A DNA stretch of 64,000 nt, taken from sequence record OL362041.1. One strand, written 5' to 3'. A program made the position numbers and the translations under genes. This document shows, one piece after another, positions 23,482 through 33,318 of this stretch. The notes under the pieces are model-generated. The model was given only the letters and a program-made list of their open reading frames with translations. It had not been told where the DNA came from and ran no database searches. How positions within the stretch are numbered: the stretch's first letter is position 1; the number at the start of each line of letters is the position of its first letter. Source of the DNA: Escherichia phage vB_Eco_OMNI12.

Positions 23482-24576
23482 ATGGCAATTGTTAAAGAAA
23501 TAACTGCTGATTTAATTAAAAAGTCCGGTGAGAAAATTTCAGCCGGACAGAGTACTAAATCAGAAGTAGCAACTAAAACATACACTGCCCAGTTTCCAAC
23601 TGGGCGTGCTAGTGGTAATGACACTACAGGGGACTTCCAGGTAACAGATCTATATAAGAATGGATTATTATTTACTGCATACAATATGTCATCTAGGGAT
23701 TCTGGAAGTCTTAGAACGATGAGATCTAACTACTCTTCTTCATCTTCGAGTATTTTACGTACAGCCAGAAACACTATCAGTAATACAGTATCAAAACTAT
23801 CAAATGGACTAATATCAGATAATAATTCAGGAACAATAAGTAAAGTTCCTGTTGCAAATATTCTTTTACCTAGATCTAAATCTGACGTCGATACGTCATC
23901 ACATAGATTTAATGATGTTCAAGATAGTCTTATTACAAAAGGTGGAGGTACTGCTACTGGTGTGCTAAGCAATATGGCTTCAACCGCAGTATTTGGAGCG
24001 CTGGAAAGTATAACACAAGGTATAATGGCTGATAATAATGAACAGATTTATACGACAGCCAGAAGCATGTACGGCGGTGCTGAAAATAGAACTAAAGTGT
24101 TCACTTGGGATTTGACTCCGCGCTCAACAGAAGATTTAATGGCTATTATTAATATCTATCAGTATTTTAACTATTTTTCTTACGGTGAAACTGGTAAATC
24201 TCAATATGCTGCTGAAATAAAAGGATATCTAGATGAGTGGTACCGTTCTACTTTTATTGAGCCGTTAACTCCAGAAGATGCAGTTAAAAATAAGACGTTA
24301 TTTGAGAAAATGACATCGAGTTTAACTAACGTTCTTGTAGTTTCAAACCCGACAATTTGGATGGTGAAAAACTTTGGTGCAACATCTAAGTTTGATGGAA
24401 AAACGGAAATATTCGGTCCATGTCAAATCCAGAGTATCAGATTTGATAAAACACCTAATGGTAACTTTAACGGATTAGCTATTGCTCCAAATCTCCCTAG
24501 TACATTTACTCTCGAGATTACTATGAGAGAAATTATCACGTTAAACCGTGCTTCTTTATATGCGGGGACTTTTTAA
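23482..24576 (+). CDS. 48: baseplate-tail tube junction protein gp48
   Basis: 364 aa as T4 gp48. Confidence 0.85.
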   Translation: MAIVKEITADLIKKSGEKISAGQSTKSEVATKTYTAQFPTGRASGNDTTGDFQVTDLYKNGLLFTAYNMSSRDSGSLRTMRSNYSSSSSSILRTARNTISNTVSKLSNGLISDNNSGTISKVPVANILLPRSKSDVDTSSHRFNDVQDSLITKGGGTATGVLSNMASTAVFGALESITQGIMADNNEQIYTTARSMYGGAENRTKVFTWDLTPRSTEDLMAIINIYQYFNYFSYGETGKSQYAAEIKGYLDEWYRSTFIEPLTPEDAVKNKTLFEKMTSSLTNVLVVSNPTIWMVKNFGATSKFDGKTEIFGPCQIQSIRFDKTPNGNFNGLAIAPNLPSTFTLEITMREIITLNRASLYAGTF

Positions 24577-25541
24577 TGTATTCTTTAGAGGAATTTAATA
24601 ATCAAGCAATAAACGCAGATTTCCAACGTAATAATATGTTCAGCTGTGTTTTTGCTACAACTCCATCAACTAAAAGCTCTTCGTTGATAAGTTCAATTAG
24701 CAACTTTTCTTATAATAACTTGGGCCTAAATTCAGATTGGTTAGGATTAACTCAAGGCGATATTAATCAGGGAATTACTACGCTAATTACAGCTGGCACA
24801 CAAAAACTGATAAGAAAATCAGGGGTTAGTAAATATCTTATTGGTGCCATGAGTCAACGTACAGTTCAAAGTTTATTAGGCTCATTTACAGTTGGTACAT
24901 ATTTAATTGACTTCTTTAACATGGCATATAACTCATCTGGATTGATGATATACTCTGTAAAAATGCCAGAGAATAGATTATCCTATGAAACTGACTGGAA
25001 CTATAATTCTCCTAATATTCGTATAACTGGGAGAGAATTAGACCCTTTGGTTATTTCATTCAGAATGGATTCAGAAGCTTGTAACTATCGTGCAATGCAA
25101 GACTGGGTTAACGCTGTTCAAGACCCAGTAACTGGATTGCGTGCTTTGCCGCAAGATGTCGAGGCTGATATTCAGGTTAATCTTCATTCTCGCAATGGAT
25201 TACCACATACTGCGGTGATGTTCACTGGATGCATTCCAGTGTCCGTAAGCGCTCCTGAGTTATCATATGATGGAGATAACCAAATAACTACATTTGATGT
25301 TACTTTTGCGTATAGAGTCATGCAGGCTGGAGCAGTTGATAGACAAGCTGCGCTTGAATGGCTTGAATCTGCTGCTATAAATGGTATTCAAAGCGTTCTC
25401 GGAAATAGTGGAGGTGTCACTGGACTATCTAATTCGCTTTCACGACTTAGTAGATTAGGGGGAACTGCAGGAAGCATTTCAAATATTAACACTATGACAG
25501 GAATTGTCAATTCGCAAAGTAAAATATTAGGAGCAATATAA
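24576..25541 (+). CDS. 54: baseplate-tail tube initiator gp54
   Basis: 321 aa; followed by bidirectional hairpin terminator. Confidence 0.85.
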   Translation: MYSLEEFNNQAINADFQRNNMFSCVFATTPSTKSSSLISSISNFSYNNLGLNSDWLGLTQGDINQGITTLITAGTQKLIRKSGVSKYLIGAMSQRTVQSLLGSFTVGTYLIDFFNMAYNSSGLMIYSVKMPENRLSYETDWNYNSPNIRITGRELDPLVISFRMDSEACNYRAMQDWVNAVQDPVTGLRALPQDVEADIQVNLHSRNGLPHTAVMFTGCIPVSVSAPELSYDGDNQITTFDVTFAYRVMQAGAVDRQAALEWLESAAINGIQSVLGNSGGVTGLSNSLSRLSRLGGTAGSISNINTMTGIVNSQSKILGAI

Positions 25542-25544
25542 CAA

Positions 25545-25564
25545 TGGGGACCTTTCGGTCCCCA
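25545..25564. terminator. bidirectional terminator between gene 54 and the minus-strand block
   Basis: TGGGGACC-TTTC-GGTCCCCA followed by T-run. Confidence 0.7.
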
Positions 25565-25569
25565 TATTT

Positions 25570-25860
25570 TTATTTACGGAATGAAATGAAAGCAGCAACT
25601 GAAGCAACTAAACTGTCTTCAATATAAACTTCAATTTTTACCGGAGCTTCTGACTCAAATTTACCTGTTACTACACCCTGAAAAATACTTTCAGTCTGTT
25701 CTGGCTTTGAAAAATTTTCAGAAGGAAAAATTCCGAACTTTTTATCTGTTCCAAAAATTTTGATAAATTCATCGTAAACTGCTTCATTAAAAGCATTATC
25801 AGCAGGAATAACGCCTTCAACTACAAGTTCTTGACCTAAAAAGCGCAAAGAAGATTTCAT
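25570..25860 (-). CDS. hypothetical protein downstream of alt
   Basis: 96 aa ORF; its SD lies inside the repeated hairpin element at 25868..25921. Confidence 0.5.
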   Translation of the reverse strand: MKSSLRFLGQELVVEGVIPADNAFNEAVYDEFIKIFGTDKKFGIFPSENFSKPEQTESIFQGVVTGKFESEAPVKIEVYIEDSLVASVAAFISFRK

Positions 25861-25867
25861 TTTGTGT

Positions 25868-25921
25868 TCCTCATGTTATGTCAGTAAGACTACTATAACA
25901 CAACACGAGGGACTTGTAAAC
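25868..25921 (-). repeat. 54-bp repeated hairpin element containing the SD of the downstream gene (copy A)
   Basis: 53/54 identical to 41815..41868; 12-bp stem with SD GAGG in the 3' arm. Confidence 0.8.
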
Positions 25922-27978
25922 TACATCTTGAACTTTTTAGACATTCCGTTGATGTTAACCAAAGAAGCTAAGATTTGAGAAACTTCGTTTTCCTCTTCTT
26001 TTGATTCTTCTACAAGGAATTGATTAAATCCAGCCATTGGACGAACTTCACCAGTTTCCATTAGATGGTCGCCATCATATACTGATTCTTCTAATTGTTC
26101 AGAAGGAGGAACGATTGTACCTTCGATTAGATACTTGTTATAAGCAGTTTCTTTCATAAAGTAAGTACTTACTTTATTAATCTTCAGTAAAATTCCACGT
26201 GGTAGAATAACTTCAGCTTCTGACGGAAATCCTGATAAATGACCCGGAACGATAACTTTGATTCGCTCAGCTCCTTTAATTACCATACCCACGCTAGTTT
26301 CAGCATCTTCATTAGCATATGTAGAATGACTACCCATATGCATCAAATCTTCTGCATCAACGGAACCTTCTCCTTCACCAGAAAATACTGCGCCGGAATC
26401 ATCTAGAGCCATATAGTTTTTACCATGCTCACCGAAGATATTTGGTTTAAGCGATGTGGATACGAAGTTCTTGAAATAGAACATTTTATTTTCAATGTTA
26501 TGACGCAAAGTTTTAAAGGTAACTTCTTGTCCACGGTAAAGTGTAGTTCCTGGAGGAAGAACTGAACCTTTAGCGAATGCAGAATCAAGCGTCTCAATAT
26601 GTTTAATAGCTCGTTCCATATATTCTTCACGGGTAGAATCTGGTTTACCCAAAAGGAACGAGTTCATTTCAACATATGAATCTGCACAATAATCTTCAAT
26701 TACATCAGATTCAGCTTGAGTTAATCCTTTTGGAGTTACTTCAGTGCTTGCGTATTCATATGCCTGAGCAGCAGATTCATTAATCAATTTATAAATGCCA
26801 TTCATGACAAATTGAATAATAGCTGTCTTTTCATCTGGCGTAGCTTTAGAACCTTTAACCAAATCATTGATAATTTTCTTAATAACATCAAAGCTATTAG
26901 AAATATTAATATCAGCAAGATCGCTTAAAATTTTATCAGTCTTATAATCAAAGAATTCTTTATTCTTTAAATATTCTTGAGAACCTTGATATGTTATATC
27001 GCTCTGTAACTTGATAGATGGATCACGTAAACGTGCATGGGCTAATGCAATATGATTTCGGAAGCTTTCGAGTTCATAATCACTAGATTTAAAACGAGAA
27101 GCGCTTCTCATACCGCCTATAGCTCCTTTGCTGAAGTTTGAACCAATTTGAATAACGCCAGAGTTCATTGGTCCTTCTGCTTTATACACCGGAACTTTAG
27201 ATTCAAACTCTTGATATTTCTTAGCAGCGAAGCTATCACCCTGAAGTGAAGCATCAACAGTAGAATATTGAGCTTGTGCTGCTAATCGACGACTAATTTT
27301 AGTTTTCTGAATAACAGCTTGGTCCGTGCGCTTATCATTTTCTAAAGCAATAGAAGCAGCAACAGCAACAGCTTTAGGAACAGCATTACCTGTTTTAACA
27401 TCTACATAAACATCACCAACCTTTGATTCAACTTTTGTGAATAACTCAGTTGAAATAGGAGGTACACCTGGAATGTCTTCTAAATTGGCATTTTTACGAT
27501 AAACCATAATATATGCGTACTTTTTATCATAATCCCAGATTTCCTTTAAAAGAACATATCGACCTGCTCCTTTAGTACGTACTAAACGGTCAGCAATAAC
27601 TTGCATTTGACGAGCAGCGCCATTTGTTTTACTCTTTAGTACGCGGAATAAGCATGCATCAATTTTATACTGTTTCATTGTTTGAAGAGCAGTATCAAAA
27701 ACAGCGTTAATGACGCCAATTGGATTTCCACCCAAGTTTCTAAGTTTAACCAGTGATAATTTCTCGTTGACACCTATCATTACGATATGCATCATTTTAT
27801 CGCCTGGCTTAACGTTTTTATTCGTATCACCACCAGAGGTGTATGTACAAAATCTAAATCCAGGAAGCACGCTTTCTTCGCCGGCTTGAATAGCAAAAAT
27901 TTGTGGTATTTTATGCTTAGGATTTAAGTTAACAACCGGCGCCGAAGCGCCGTCAAATAATTCTGTAATAAGTTCCAT
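25921..27978 (-). CDS. alt: Alt-like ADP-ribosyltransferase, paralog 1
   Basis: 685 aa; N-terminus MELITELFD; C-terminal R-S-E type ART motifs (TLYRGQ ... FVSTSL ... EAEVILPRG). Confidence 0.85.
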   Translation of the reverse strand: MELITELFDGASAPVVNLNPKHKIPQIFAIQAGEESVLPGFRFCTYTSGGDTNKNVKPGDKMMHIVMIGVNEKLSLVKLRNLGGNPIGVINAVFDTALQTMKQYKIDACLFRVLKSKTNGAARQMQVIADRLVRTKGAGRYVLLKEIWDYDKKYAYIMVYRKNANLEDIPGVPPISTELFTKVESKVGDVYVDVKTGNAVPKAVAVAASIALENDKRTDQAVIQKTKISRRLAAQAQYSTVDASLQGDSFAAKKYQEFESKVPVYKAEGPMNSGVIQIGSNFSKGAIGGMRSASRFKSSDYELESFRNHIALAHARLRDPSIKLQSDITYQGSQEYLKNKEFFDYKTDKILSDLADINISNSFDVIKKIINDLVKGSKATPDEKTAIIQFVMNGIYKLINESAAQAYEYASTEVTPKGLTQAESDVIEDYCADSYVEMNSFLLGKPDSTREEYMERAIKHIETLDSAFAKGSVLPPGTTLYRGQEVTFKTLRHNIENKMFYFKNFVSTSLKPNIFGEHGKNYMALDDSGAVFSGEGEGSVDAEDLMHMGSHSTYANEDAETSVGMVIKGAERIKVIVPGHLSGFPSEAEVILPRGILLKINKVSTYFMKETAYNKYLIEGTIVPPSEQLEESVYDGDHLMETGEVRPMAGFNQFLVEESKEEENEVSQILASLVNINGMSKKFKM

Positions 27979-27981
27979 GAT

Positions 27982-30039
27982 TTATCCTTGAACGAACTTG
28001 TAAGGCATGTTTGCAATATCTATACAAGACGCAATAATTCCAAGAGATGATTCTACTTTCTGTTTAACATTTGATGAAACAAATGATGCAAAATCAACTC
28101 TGTCTTCTATTTCAATATCACCTGTCATTGTAACTACTTCGCCGGTTTCCATTAGACGGTCACCGTCATAAATTACCGATTCGGTGAGTTCTTCTGTGGT
28201 CATAACTTCAGCTTGAATAAGCTTGTTGTTAGTTTTAACTGTTCCATCATTGTAAGATGCATCGGTTATTTTATTAACTTTGACCATTAATCCACGTGGC
28301 AAAATGACTTCCATTTCATTTGAAGGTGCTAAACTTCCACCTGGTAAAACAACATTGACTTTATCAGCCCCAGTAATAACCCATCCAATTCCAACTAAAT
28401 TATCGCTAGAATTTACTAGTCCTTCATCAGTTTTATCAATAGAAACACTTAAACGCTTTTCGTCTGGTAAAACACCCACAGATGAATCAGTCATCCAGGT
28501 ACCAAAAATATTTGGATATAATGATGTTGACACAAAATTTCTAAAATAAAAAACTCGATTTTTTACCAGTGCTTCATATATTGAAGGTAACATTCGTTGT
28601 GAACGATACAAAGTAATACCTTTTGGTAATCGTTCACCATTTTTAAAGGCAGAATCTAAATTATCAATAGCTTTTTCTATATCAGATGCTGTCAAAATAC
28701 TTGTACGCTCATCTGGATTATATAATCCCAAAAGAGCGTTATTTATGTCTACATATCCTGAACTTACGTATTCACGAATTCCGCGTTTTTGTGCCGGTGT
28801 GTATTTAGATGAATCTTTATTTTCGACTATAGGATGTAGTGACCATCCAGCGGTAAGAGCATATCCACGCAATTCTCTTCGAATAATCTTTGTTTTTATT
28901 GCATTCCAAGAATTTTGTACTAACTCATTCGCAGCATCTTGATTTAAATGCGAATGCTTGTTAATGTTTCTTTCTAACCAAGCACCTTTATATTTTTCTA
29001 AAGTATCATCAACTATAGAAGCAATAGTTTCTAAAGTTTTTATTGAAGTAATAGATTCTTTTCGTAATCTTTCTAAAGCTTTATTTTTTATTTCTGCATT
29101 AACATCAGATTCTTTATCTTCAGGAATTATAGAAGCTTCTCTGAATGCCATTCCAGCTGTAACACTACTAAGAGCATTCTCTAATGCAAATCCTGAAGTA
29201 GAAATAACAGTTAATTCATTAGCGTCAGAAATTAAAGGAGCGTCAGCAGGTTTATTTAATTCTGCTGCTGAAGCCTCAAATTTTTGAAACATCGGCGTTT
29301 CAAATCTAGAAGATTCCAATGATTGACTTTGCGCAATTGCTCTACGGGAAATTTTAACTTTAACGATTACAGCTTGGTCAGAACGTTTATCATTTTCTTG
29401 TGCAATAGATGCTGCAATTGCCTCATTTTTGGTTACTTGAACTCCGGTATCTTTATTGATATAAACATCACCGACCTTCGATTCAACTTTAGTAAAGAGC
29501 TCGGTACTAATTTCCGGAACTCCTGGAATGTCTTCTAGTGATACATTTTTGCGATGTATAAGAATATATGCATACTTTTTATCATAATCCCAGAGTTCCT
29601 TAAGAAGGACGTATCTGCCACCTGAACGACTACGGATAAGTCTATCAGCAATAACTTGAATTTGTCGAGCTTGACCAGCGGTTTTAGACTTAAGAATACG
29701 AAGCATACAAGCATCAATTTTATACTGACGCATTGTTTGCATTGCAACAGTAAAAACTGAATTGATATAATTAATTGGGCTTGGACCAAGACCTTTTAAT
29801 TTAGCAATTGAACCTTTAGCAGTTAATGTAAAAGGAACAATATGCATCATTTTATCGCCCATCTTTAAATCGCGATTAGTATCACCTCCAGATGTATAGG
29901 TACATAAACGAAAACCTGGTTGTTCAATTGCATCATCAACATGAACTGAAAAAATTTGTGGTATTTTCTTCTTTGGATTTAAGTTTGTAATCGGAAGAGT
30001 AGTATCTTCGTCAAATAATTCTGTAATAAGTTCCATCAT
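27982..30039 (-). CDS. alt: Alt-like ADP-ribosyltransferase, paralog 2
   Basis: 685 aa; same N-terminus; ART motifs (TLYRSQ ... FVSTSL ... EMEVILPRG); late promoter upstream. Confidence 0.85.
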   Translation of the reverse strand: MMELITELFDEDTTLPITNLNPKKKIPQIFSVHVDDAIEQPGFRLCTYTSGGDTNRDLKMGDKMMHIVPFTLTAKGSIAKLKGLGPSPINYINSVFTVAMQTMRQYKIDACMLRILKSKTAGQARQIQVIADRLIRSRSGGRYVLLKELWDYDKKYAYILIHRKNVSLEDIPGVPEISTELFTKVESKVGDVYINKDTGVQVTKNEAIAASIAQENDKRSDQAVIVKVKISRRAIAQSQSLESSRFETPMFQKFEASAAELNKPADAPLISDANELTVISTSGFALENALSSVTAGMAFREASIIPEDKESDVNAEIKNKALERLRKESITSIKTLETIASIVDDTLEKYKGAWLERNINKHSHLNQDAANELVQNSWNAIKTKIIRRELRGYALTAGWSLHPIVENKDSSKYTPAQKRGIREYVSSGYVDINNALLGLYNPDERTSILTASDIEKAIDNLDSAFKNGERLPKGITLYRSQRMLPSIYEALVKNRVFYFRNFVSTSLYPNIFGTWMTDSSVGVLPDEKRLSVSIDKTDEGLVNSSDNLVGIGWVITGADKVNVVLPGGSLAPSNEMEVILPRGLMVKVNKITDASYNDGTVKTNNKLIQAEVMTTEELTESVIYDGDRLMETGEVVTMTGDIEIEDRVDFASFVSSNVKQKVESSLGIIASCIDIANMPYKFVQG

Positions 30040-30059
30040 AGCCTCTCTAGTGTTTATTC

Positions 30060-30067
30060 TATTTATA
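30060..30067 (-). promoter_or_regulatory. late promoter TATAAATA (minus strand) upstream of alt paralog 2
   Basis: TATTTATA on plus strand 21 nt from the alt start. Confidence 0.6.
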
Positions 30068-30073
30068 AAATTA

Positions 30074-30090
30074 AAGGCCCGAAGGCCTTT
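30074..30090 (-). terminator. terminator hairpin downstream of gene 30 block
   Basis: AAAGGCC-CGAA-GGCCTTT. Confidence 0.55.
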
Positions 30091-30277
30091 AGTAATCTAG
30101 TGGTAAGAGAGTACGATATATTTCAAACTTTGGTCCTTTTTCATAGGCATCAAATGTTTCTGTAAATTTATTATAAGCGTATGCATCTACAAATTCGAGA
30201 ATGACTTGTGATACAGAAGTAGAAACATCTCCACCTTCTTTTTGAGCAATGACAATTGTTTCTAAGTAAGCTTTCAT
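30089..30277 (-). CDS. hypothetical small protein
   Basis: 62 aa ORF between gene 30 and alt, start overlaps stop of gene 30. Confidence 0.4.
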   Translation of the reverse strand: MKAYLETIVIAQKEGGDVSTSVSQVILEFVDAYAYNKFTETFDAYEKGPKFEIYRTLLPLDY

Positions 30278-31737
30278 AAACCAGTTACCTCATGAAAATC
30301 ACCAAATACATCCTCGAATGTATTAGCTTTAGTTTTATCTTCACGTAAACGAATCGCAATCGGAAGAAATAATTTAACGTAATCAGTGCGGCCATCAGAT
30401 TTTAACCAACCGTTGCATTCGCACTCTAGAATTTTTCCAATATAATAATTTTGGTTTTCCATAATGCGAGTACGGTCAAGTTCATGCGATTTTACACCGG
30501 CTTTATCTTTTAAGCCTGAACCAGCATTTACCTTAATTTTTCCACACTCTGATTCAAGAATAAATCCACCCGCTTTAGTAGGGTCTTTACGGTGAGGATA
30601 AATTCCTACAATTTTTAAATCAACATCAATTACTTCTTTAAATTTATAGAGATTTTTTGAACGAGCATTTTCCCACAATCCATCGGTATTTTTGAGAATA
30701 ATACCTTCAAGACCTTGGTCAATATACTTTTTATAAATTACCTTAGCTTCATCTAGGTTATTTACTACCTGGTTTTCAATTAAAATTACTTTATCATAAC
30801 CTGATGTCATTTGTTCTAGTTTAGAAAAACGTACATCATATTTCAAACGAAATGCAGGAAGACCGTATATTTCTACCAACGGGACATAATCCCAGACCTG
30901 AAACTTCATGCATTGAGCTTCTTTTTCAGAAATGGTTCCCTTTAAAGATTTATTGGCGATGCCATTAGATGCAGTACGTGATTCAGCTACTTCGGCGAAT
31001 TCTTTAGCTTTACTAATTTCAGGATAAGCATCAAAAAGAAAATCTAGGCCTTCTGGCTCCTTTTCAACTTGCTCATGGTATACCAATTCGCCATCAATTA
31101 ACACACCTTCTGGATGAATCTGGCGGGCTTCAGCAGTCATTTTGATTAACTCTTCCTTAAGAAGATCTAATCCTAGATATTCATTACCAGCTCGTGATAA
31201 AAGACGAACATCATCTAATTCATCACCTCTGACTTCAGCAAAACACCGAGCTCCATCAGCTTTTAACTGGGCAAAGGCTGGAAATTTGATATTCTTACTA
31301 ATGCCTTTTTCATCATAAGAACTTGCAAGCATTTGAGGTTGTTCAGGAATTAAACCTGGCCAAACTTTGTTTGCAATAGATACTGAAGCACCGCATTCAA
31401 GGTCTCGCATCATCACCCGACGCAAAACTTCAACATCATCTTTTTTACCGTCAGTAATATATCCAGTTAATTCCTCAATTGCCGCATTTCCAGTCAATTT
31501 CCGAGTAGCTAACGTGAATTCAATGAAGTCAAGCATATCGGTAAGAGTCAACATTCCAAAACTCTGGGTAGCAATACCCGGTTTAGGCCATTTCTTGATA
31601 TAATACTGTAACCCACGAGAATAAGTCAGACGATATACTCGTTTAAGCAATTCATTATCTTTATTCTTTTCAAGAATTGCTTGCTTCTGCTTAGTTGAAC
31701 CAATAGATGCTATTTCGCTCAGAATTTTAAGAATCAT
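30274..31737 (-). CDS. 30: ATP-dependent DNA ligase
   Basis: 487 aa as T4 ligase; adenylation motif KADG (AQLKADGARC). Confidence 0.9.
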   Translation of the reverse strand: MILKILSEIASIGSTKQKQAILEKNKDNELLKRVYRLTYSRGLQYYIKKWPKPGIATQSFGMLTLTDMLDFIEFTLATRKLTGNAAIEELTGYITDGKKDDVEVLRRVMMRDLECGASVSIANKVWPGLIPEQPQMLASSYDEKGISKNIKFPAFAQLKADGARCFAEVRGDELDDVRLLSRAGNEYLGLDLLKEELIKMTAEARQIHPEGVLIDGELVYHEQVEKEPEGLDFLFDAYPEISKAKEFAEVAESRTASNGIANKSLKGTISEKEAQCMKFQVWDYVPLVEIYGLPAFRLKYDVRFSKLEQMTSGYDKVILIENQVVNNLDEAKVIYKKYIDQGLEGIILKNTDGLWENARSKNLYKFKEVIDVDLKIVGIYPHRKDPTKAGGFILESECGKIKVNAGSGLKDKAGVKSHELDRTRIMENQNYYIGKILECECNGWLKSDGRTDYVKLFLPIAIRLREDKTKANTFEDVFGDFHEVTGL

Positions 31738-32003
31738 TGTTCATCCTTTAGAGTTTGGTTTACAGCTCTATTATAAATCAATTCATCATTAAGCTCAGTC
31801 AAAGACCTGTGGTACGTGGTTCTAACTTTATTTCCTTGCATCCAGTGCTTGACGTAAATGAAACCTTGCTCTACACATTTTTTAAAAATTCGTTCGTCTT
31901 TTTGAGCTCGGAATTCTGGATTGCATCTAAAAAATTGATTTACGTGACCGTAATCACGTGTAGTATTACCTTCATTTTCATAAATAGTATGAACAACAAA
32001 CAT
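31734..32003 (-). CDS. hypothetical protein (30.1-like position)
   Basis: 89 aa ORF translationally coupled to neighbours. Confidence 0.5.
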   Translation of the reverse strand: MFVVHTIYENEGNTTRDYGHVNQFFRCNPEFRAQKDERIFKKCVEQGFIYVKHWMQGNKVRTTYHRSLTELNDELIYNRAVNQTLKDEQ

Positions 32004-32857
32004 TAGAATGCTCCTTGGAAAATATTATCACCACTACCACTAGTAAGTCTATTAAAATACCCTGCATCGCCAGGCTTAATATAACTCCATGTATGAAATG
32101 GATGCACATGATATGGATGTGTATAATATGGATGATATGGATTATAAGGATTAAATCCAGGAGTTCTCCAAGTAGTGTTCCAACGAAAAGAATCGTTTTT
32201 AATCATCTTTTCAATTACATCTTTTATAGCTTTTTCACTATCAAAACTTTCTTTATTTTCCTTTGGTGAAAAAAGCTTATTTTCTACATCATTCCATGTA
32301 TAAACTCGCTGTGCAGTTTTTGGAATACTGTCACGCTCCCCTCGAGCCATCCAATAAACTGGAACATTTAATATTTCACTCGCATGATCGCAGTGGTGAG
32401 CGAGATCGTCAATATAACAAATCACGTTATATTTCTCTTTTGCCTTTTTGAACAACTCTTCTTTTGAAGAATCATGACCACACATCATTACTTCTGAGAA
32501 GGCACCAGGAAAAAGAGCATTCAAATTAAATTGACGATTCAACAGAGCGTCAATAGAATCACCCAGCGCTGTAACAGCTACAAAATTATAATCTTCTTTT
32601 AATTTGTTAATTACACACAGGGCATCTTTATATGGAGACAAGTAACGAATAAAATCTGAACGATTGTATTTTTCAATTAACTTGACGCCAAGTTCTTCAT
32701 CACAATTAAAGAGTTTACCAGGAGAAATAAATTTCTCATCTTGGATCATTTTTAAAATATGTTCTAACGGAAGATTATATTTCTGAGCAAAATAAGGAAG
32801 GCCTGATTGCCAGCTTAAACATACTCCATCAATATCAGTTAAAATAGTAGGCTTCAT
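32003..32857 (-). CDS. HAD-superfamily phosphatase-like protein with His/Pro/Tyr-rich C-terminal tail
   Basis: 284 aa; N-terminal DxD motif (LTDIDGV); tail NPYNPYHPYYTHPYHVHPFHTW. Confidence 0.55.
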   Translation of the reverse strand: MKPTILTDIDGVCLSWQSGLPYFAQKYNLPLEHILKMIQDEKFISPGKLFNCDEELGVKLIEKYNRSDFIRYLSPYKDALCVINKLKEDYNFVAVTALGDSIDALLNRQFNLNALFPGAFSEVMMCGHDSSKEELFKKAKEKYNVICYIDDLAHHCDHASEILNVPVYWMARGERDSIPKTAQRVYTWNDVENKLFSPKENKESFDSEKAIKDVIEKMIKNDSFRWNTTWRTPGFNPYNPYHPYYTHPYHVHPFHTWSYIKPGDAGYFNRLTSGSGDNIFQGAF

Positions 32858-33318
32858 AGAGAGTCTCTTAATAGGTTTAACACATCAATAAATTCAGCTT
32901 CGGTTAATATTGTATCATCTTTTGTTAGACCACTAGCCATGCTGTGCTTCAAAACTTTTCCTTTCGAGGCGTGTAATGCATCACGAAAGCCCTTGTTTTG
33001 GATCGCTGCTTCAAAATATGCATTTGTGTATAATTCTTTCCATGCTGGGGAGTATCTTGAAAACGGAACTCCAAGCCAGAAGAGGGTCCCACGGTCCTGA
33101 GCTCTAGCATAAGACCTTCCAGCTTGTTGGGCGGCAAGCCCGGATAACCCAAATATACGACGTTGTTGTTCAGCATTTTTCACCTTGCATCCTTGGAAGA
33201 ATCCTTCAAGACCTCCGAATTGAATACCATCCATGACGAAAGGCCATTGGGCGAAATTACTTAATGCACACGATGGCCATCTAAAATTGCTTCTAATCTC
33301 TAACTCAGACATTTTCAA
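32854..33318 (-). CDS. NADAR / YbiA-like (DUF1768) domain protein
   Basis: 154 aa; motif LSNFAQWPFVMDG...EGFFQGCK resembles YbiA FSNFAAWP..DG...EHYFQAQK (from memory). Confidence 0.55.
   Translation of the reverse strand: MKMSELEIRSNFRWPSCALSNFAQWPFVMDGIQFGGLEGFFQGCKVKNAEQQRRIFGLSGLAAQQAGRSYARAQDRGTLFWLGVPFSRYSPAWKELYTNAYFEAAIQNKGFRDALHASKGKVLKHSMASGLTKDDTILTEAEFIDVLNLLRDSL

Noticed and set aside
32015-32451. Plus-strand ORFs opposite the HAD-like gene
   Set aside because: Antisense shadow frames with repetitive Trp/Met/Ile content from the His/Pro/Tyr-rich coding tail.
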